Below are positions 59,971-64,000 of a stretch of DNA of 64,000 nt, piece after piece. A model generated the notes under the pieces. That model was not told the DNA's origin and searched no databases. It saw only the letters and a list, made by a program, of their open reading frames with translations. Each line of letters starts with the position of its first letter. Position 1 is the stretch's first letter. Source of the stretch: Mobula hypostoma (lineage: Eukaryota); contig NC_086101.1 of assembly GCF_963921235.1 (NCBI RefSeq), forward strand, positions 6,078,001 to 6,142,000. The letters run 5' to 3'. The translations under genes and the position numbers were made by a program.

Positions 59971-61251
59971 CTGGGAAGCAGAGAGTGAAGGAATCAGACA
60001 ATAACAGTGGCGGCGCTGAGGTGGTGCGAGCTGGTGCTATAGCACCAGCAGAAATTGCAATAGCACCACCAAGAAATTAACTGAAATTTGACATACAAAT
60101 TGCAGCTGCTTTGCTTTCTCTGTATAGTTTTGAATACAGCTTGTTTCTCCAGTTGATCTAGTGAAACAGCGCCCCCAATTACCATAGCACCCATGCAGCA
60201 ATAAAGTTATAAGCTCTGTCAGATCCACTCTACACTTCTGCTTATTCGTTCATTGTCAATGTCTTGCCGTTGCTGTCCTCAGAGCAGTTAAACTGATCTA
60301 AGATCACTTAAGGTGATGATGTCACTCACTCTCACTCACGCGAGAGATTGATAGTATTCATACATTGTGCAGGATCCAGGTGCAGATCCATGGTCTCGCA
60401 CGTCTAACAGATGTCACACACACACATTGTGCTTTCACAAGCTAGCGTAGGCCTGGCACGTGCATTATTTTGGCCGGCGTGAAAAATGGATTGATTTTTA
60501 GTGAGAAAACGACCTCATCCAGAGGAATCAGTGGTCTCTCAGCCTGAGTATGTCTTAATTGAAAGTGACATGCAGAAATAAGTAAGTGGGGATGAGAACG
60601 ACAGCAGTTCATCGAAGGAGTGTGAGGGCGAAGTAGTGGAATAAGAAATGGAGCAGGATTCGGAAGAGAACATGGATGAAGCTGCTCTTAGTGCGAGTGG
60701 GAATACTGTCAGCGATGTTAGCCAGCAGCCTGAGGAAGGACCCCGTCGGCCAGCATTGAAAAAGTACCCTTTGCAACAGTTTAGCAATCAGCAAAGGAGT
60801 TTTATTTGTGGCTGGTTTTGTCTGTAATCCTGGCTGGAATATTCGATCACGAAAGATACTACGTTCTGCTTCGCATGCAGGCATTTCCTGTGTGGAGGAC
60901 ATGGGTTCCATTCTGAGTCTACCTTCACTGTCACCGGTTACCGCAACTAGGGGAAAGCTACAACAGCTTTCAAAACCCACCATGTAAGTGCAGCTCATAA
61001 GTTTGCTATGGAGGCATGGGCCGAATTCAGATTGAGAAAGCAAAACGGTTCAAGAATGGGAAATATGCTTGATAAAGGACATGCAAAGATTGTCCAAGAA
61101 AATCGTGAGTATATGAGAGCAGTGATTGAGTCTCTACACTATACGGCGTGCCAAGGCATTGCCCAGCGAGGACACCAGGAGGATGATGGATCTGGCAATA
61201 GGGGAAACTTTGTTGAGTTGCTCAGTGTAATTGGGCAGTTTGATAAAAATG

Positions 61252-61491
61252 CAACACAGAGCGTCATAGGAAGTGATACCTGTCTGTGGCCATCAAAATT
61301 TACAACTCCTCCCTTGGAGGGTCAGACACCCTGAGCCAATAAGCCAATAAGGTCCTGGACTTATTTCCTGGCATAATTTACATATTACTATTAATTATTT
61401 ATAGTTTTATTACTATTTAATTATTTATGGTGCAACTGTAACGAAAATGAATTTCCCCCGGGATCAATACAGTATGACTATGACTATGACT
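61252..61491 (+). mobile_element. Rex1/Babar 3' end inserted in hAT ORF
   Basis: aatttcccccgggatcaata followed by (tatgac)3 tail; transposase frame resumes after it. Confidence 0.7.
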
Positions 61492-62321
61492 AAAAAAATA
61501 GAGGACAATCCTGGAAATGCAAAAAACACCCATCACAATATCCAAAATGAAATTATGGGTATTAAGGCAGATATGGTCAGACGTCAAATAAGTGCAGAAA
61601 TCAAGGAGGCTGGACATTTTGCCATCACGGTGGATGAATGTAAAGACTTGAGTAAAAAGGAGCAAGTATCAGTGGTGGTGTGGTTTTTGAATAATGAAAC
61701 AGTGCTTGAAGAATTCTTGCACTTCACTCCAGCAGAAGGGTTGGACGCAGAGTCACTTCTTAAAAGCATTGAACAGACACTCGCCCAGTGTGTTATTGAT
61801 ATGAACGTGTGTATAGGTCAGTGTTATGACGGGGTGGCAGTGATGTCCGGGTGCAATAACGGGGTACAAGAGAGGTTCAGGAAAGAGGTCCCACAGGCAT
61901 TATATATACACTGCCATGCTCACAGACTTAACCTTGTTTTAGTGGATGTTGTGAGCAATGTACAACAAGCAGGTGAGTTTTTTGAAACTGTGCAGCTGCT
62001 TTACAACTTCTTTTCAAACTCTGTTGCCCACGATCTTTTCACGAAGAAACAGAGAAAACTGGAATCAACTGCACAGCCCGTGGAGTTGAAGAAATTGTCA
62101 GATACACGCTGGGCATGGCAGTATACAGCTTTGTGGGCTACAGGGAAATCACTCCCTGCCATTCTAGCTACACTACAGGATATTATGGGTCAACCAAATG
62201 CACTGAAGAAAACGGAGGCCAGAGTTGTAAATGGACTGATTGACGAGCAGTTTGCTTTACTTCTCACTCTGTCTGAGGATTTATTCTGAGTCACCAAGTT
62301 CATGTCAGACTAGCTACAATC

Positions 62322-62541
62322 TCAAAGCAGCACTCACAACGCACAGGAGGAACTCAGCAGGTCAGGCAGCATCCATGGAAACGATGAGTTGACGTTTCGG
62401 GCCGGAACCCTTCGTCAGGACATGGTTCCGGCCTGAAACATCGACTCATTGTTTCCACGGATGCTGCCCGACCTGCTGAGTTCCTCCAGCACGTTGTGAG
62501 TGTTGCTTTGACCCCAGCATCTGCAGAGTATTTTGTATCTC
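62322..62541. repeat. Palindromic Penelope-derived insertion with hammerhead core (minus, 62391-62418)
   Basis: 88-bp inverted arms 62322-62409 / 62424-62511; CUGACGA-AGGG-UUCCGG-CCC-GAAAC-GUC. Confidence 0.85.
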
Positions 62542-62656
62542 CAGTCTCCCTGTTTGGAGCTTTCATTCGCTGTGGACTTGGCTCAGTCTGTTATCAATGC
62601 ACTCTCAGCAAAACAGGGAGAGGAATCATGGAGTGAAATTCAGGCAAGAGCTAGGG

Positions 62657-63330
62657 ACAATAGACAATAGGTGCAGGAGTAGGCCATTTGGCCCTTCAAG
62701 CCAGTACCGCCATTCACTGTGATCATGGCTGATCACCCACAATCAGTACCCCGTTCCTGCCTTCTCCCCATATCCCTTGACTCCATTGTCTTTAAGAGCT
62801 CTATCTAACTCTTTCTTGAAAGAATCCAGAGAATTGGCCTCCACTGCCTTCTGAGGCAGAGCATTCCACAGATCCACAACTCTCTGTGTTAAAACGTTTT
62901 TCCTCAACTAGGTTCTAAATGGTCTACCCCTTATTCTTAAACTTTGGCCTCTGGTTCTGGACTCCCACAACATCAGGAACATGTTTCCTGCCTCTAGTGT
63001 GTCCAATCCCTTAATAATCTTACATGTTTCAATCAGATCCCCTCTCATCCTTCTAAATTCCAGTGTACACAAGCCCAGTCGCTCCAATCTTTCAACATAT
63101 GACAGTCCCGCCATCCCGGGAATTAACCTCATCAACCTACGCTGCACTTCCTCAATAGCAAGAATGTCCTTCCTCAAATTTGGAGACCAAAACTGCACAC
63201 AATACTCCAGGTGTGGTCTCACCAGGGCCCTGTACAACTGCAGAAGGACCTCTTTGCTCCTATACTCAACTCCCCTTGCTATGAAGGCCAATATATCATT
63301 AGCTTTCTTTACTGCCTGCTGTACCTGCAG
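62657..63330 (-). mobile_element. CR1 3' fragment inserted in hAT ORF
   Basis: LQVQQAVKKAN...LVRPHLEYCVQFWSP; caatagacaatag tail. Confidence 0.9.
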
Positions 63331-63676
63331 TGACCTGTGCGTCAAGGCCGGTATACAGAGCAGACCACATGAAAGGAGACAGGCCAAGCCACTCTGATGC
63401 CTACATGACTTTGTTGTTGAGGCCCAAGCCGAAAACACACCTGTCACATCCTCTGATGACCATCACAAGCACTGTTTCTATCCGGTTACAGACAGACTTC
63501 TGATTGAAATGAAAAGACGGTTCTCAATAGAGACTGGGAGTGTTCTGACTGGAGTCTCAGCATTGAGTCCCAAAGACAAGCTCTTCCTAGAAAAGAATTG
63601 TCTTTGGCCAATGGCCCAATACTATGGAGTGACTGAAGTGAACCTGACTGCAGAGCAACATCAGGTTCGGTGTCCA

Positions 63677-64000
63677 CAAGACAAAGGAGCAGAAGTCGGC
63701 CATTCAGCCCATTGAGTCTTCTCCGCCATTTTATCATGAGCTGATCCATTCTCCCATTTAGACCCACTCCCCTGCCTTCTCACCATAACCTTTGATGCCC
63801 TGGCTACTCAGATACCTATCAATCTCTGCCTTAAATACACCCGATAACTTGGCCTCCACTGCTGCCCATGGCAGCAAATTCCATAGATTCACCACCCTCT
63901 GACTAAAAAATTTCTTCGCATTTCTGTTCTGAATGGGTGCCCTTCAATCCTTAAGTCATGCCCTCTCGTACTAGACTCCCCCATCATGGGAAACAACTTT
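63677..64000 (-). mobile_element. CR1 3' end (runs off window)
   Basis: Reverse complement of the 21330-21660 family (KLFPMMGESSTR...). Confidence 0.85.

Larger units (their letters stand above)
60005..63676 (+). mobile_element. hAT transposon (ZMYM1-like TTF-zinc finger/DUF4371 transposase), inactivated, right end beyond window
   Basis: Starts cagtggcggcgc; WLEYS...FCFACRHF, GNRGNFVELL, VDECKD, CYDG..VMSG, YIHCHAHRLNLVL, SDTRW; in-frame stops and 4 nested insertions. Confidence 0.88.

Noticed and set aside
60486..63676. Host ZMYM1-like gene
   Set aside because: In-frame stops, four nested insertions, a TIR-like start and no MYM fingers or introns; the 61447 ORF start lies in a Rex1 tail
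1..64000. Prokaryote-type systems (retron, DGR, CRISPR-RT, group II intron) suggested by many RT ORFs and hairpins
   Set aside because: All RTs are vertebrate non-LTR types with APE domains, tails and TSDs; genes are spliceosomal; no repeat-spacer array is present

Overview
This is eukaryotic vertebrate DNA, most likely from a cartilaginous fish such as a ray or shark. That is inferred from the CR1/V-SINE/Penelope repeat make-up and the TRIM gene type. The window is part of a tandem cluster of RING-Bbox-coiled-coil-PRY/SPRY TRIM genes (TRIM39/A33/nuclear-factor-7-like), with two genes on the minus strand, both partial. TRIM-A has exons 1-5 at 10297-7023, and its PRY/SPRY exon is expected left of the window. 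TRIM-B has exons 2-5 at 59970-55395 and a PRY/SPRY exon at 30704-30172, and its RING/B-box exon is expected right of the window. Exon sizes (411/96/234/23/119/533 bp) and GT-AG sites were read by hand, and all exons are open. Most of the rest is nested transposable elements: many CR1 LINEs (one near full-length), Rex1/Babar, RTE, Tx1-like, a full-length RNase H-bearing Nimb/I-type LINE, two Tc1, two hAT, V-SINEs and Penelope fragments. Four non-obvious signals stand out. (i) There are minimal hammerhead ribozyme motifs in Penelope-derived repeats, one fully intact, plus about 190-bp hairpin elements built from them. (ii) An intronic AATAAA sits at the homologous position after exon 5 in both TRIM paralogs, suggesting possible PRY/SPRY-less isoforms. 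(iii) A 24.7-kb TE-inflated intron contains near-identical inverted CR1 twins. (iv) A hAT element sits 34 nt from a TRIM exon boundary. I find no evidence of a wholly new biological system. Everything maps to known families, and the functional ideas are inferences. TE boundaries without a stated TSD are approximate.
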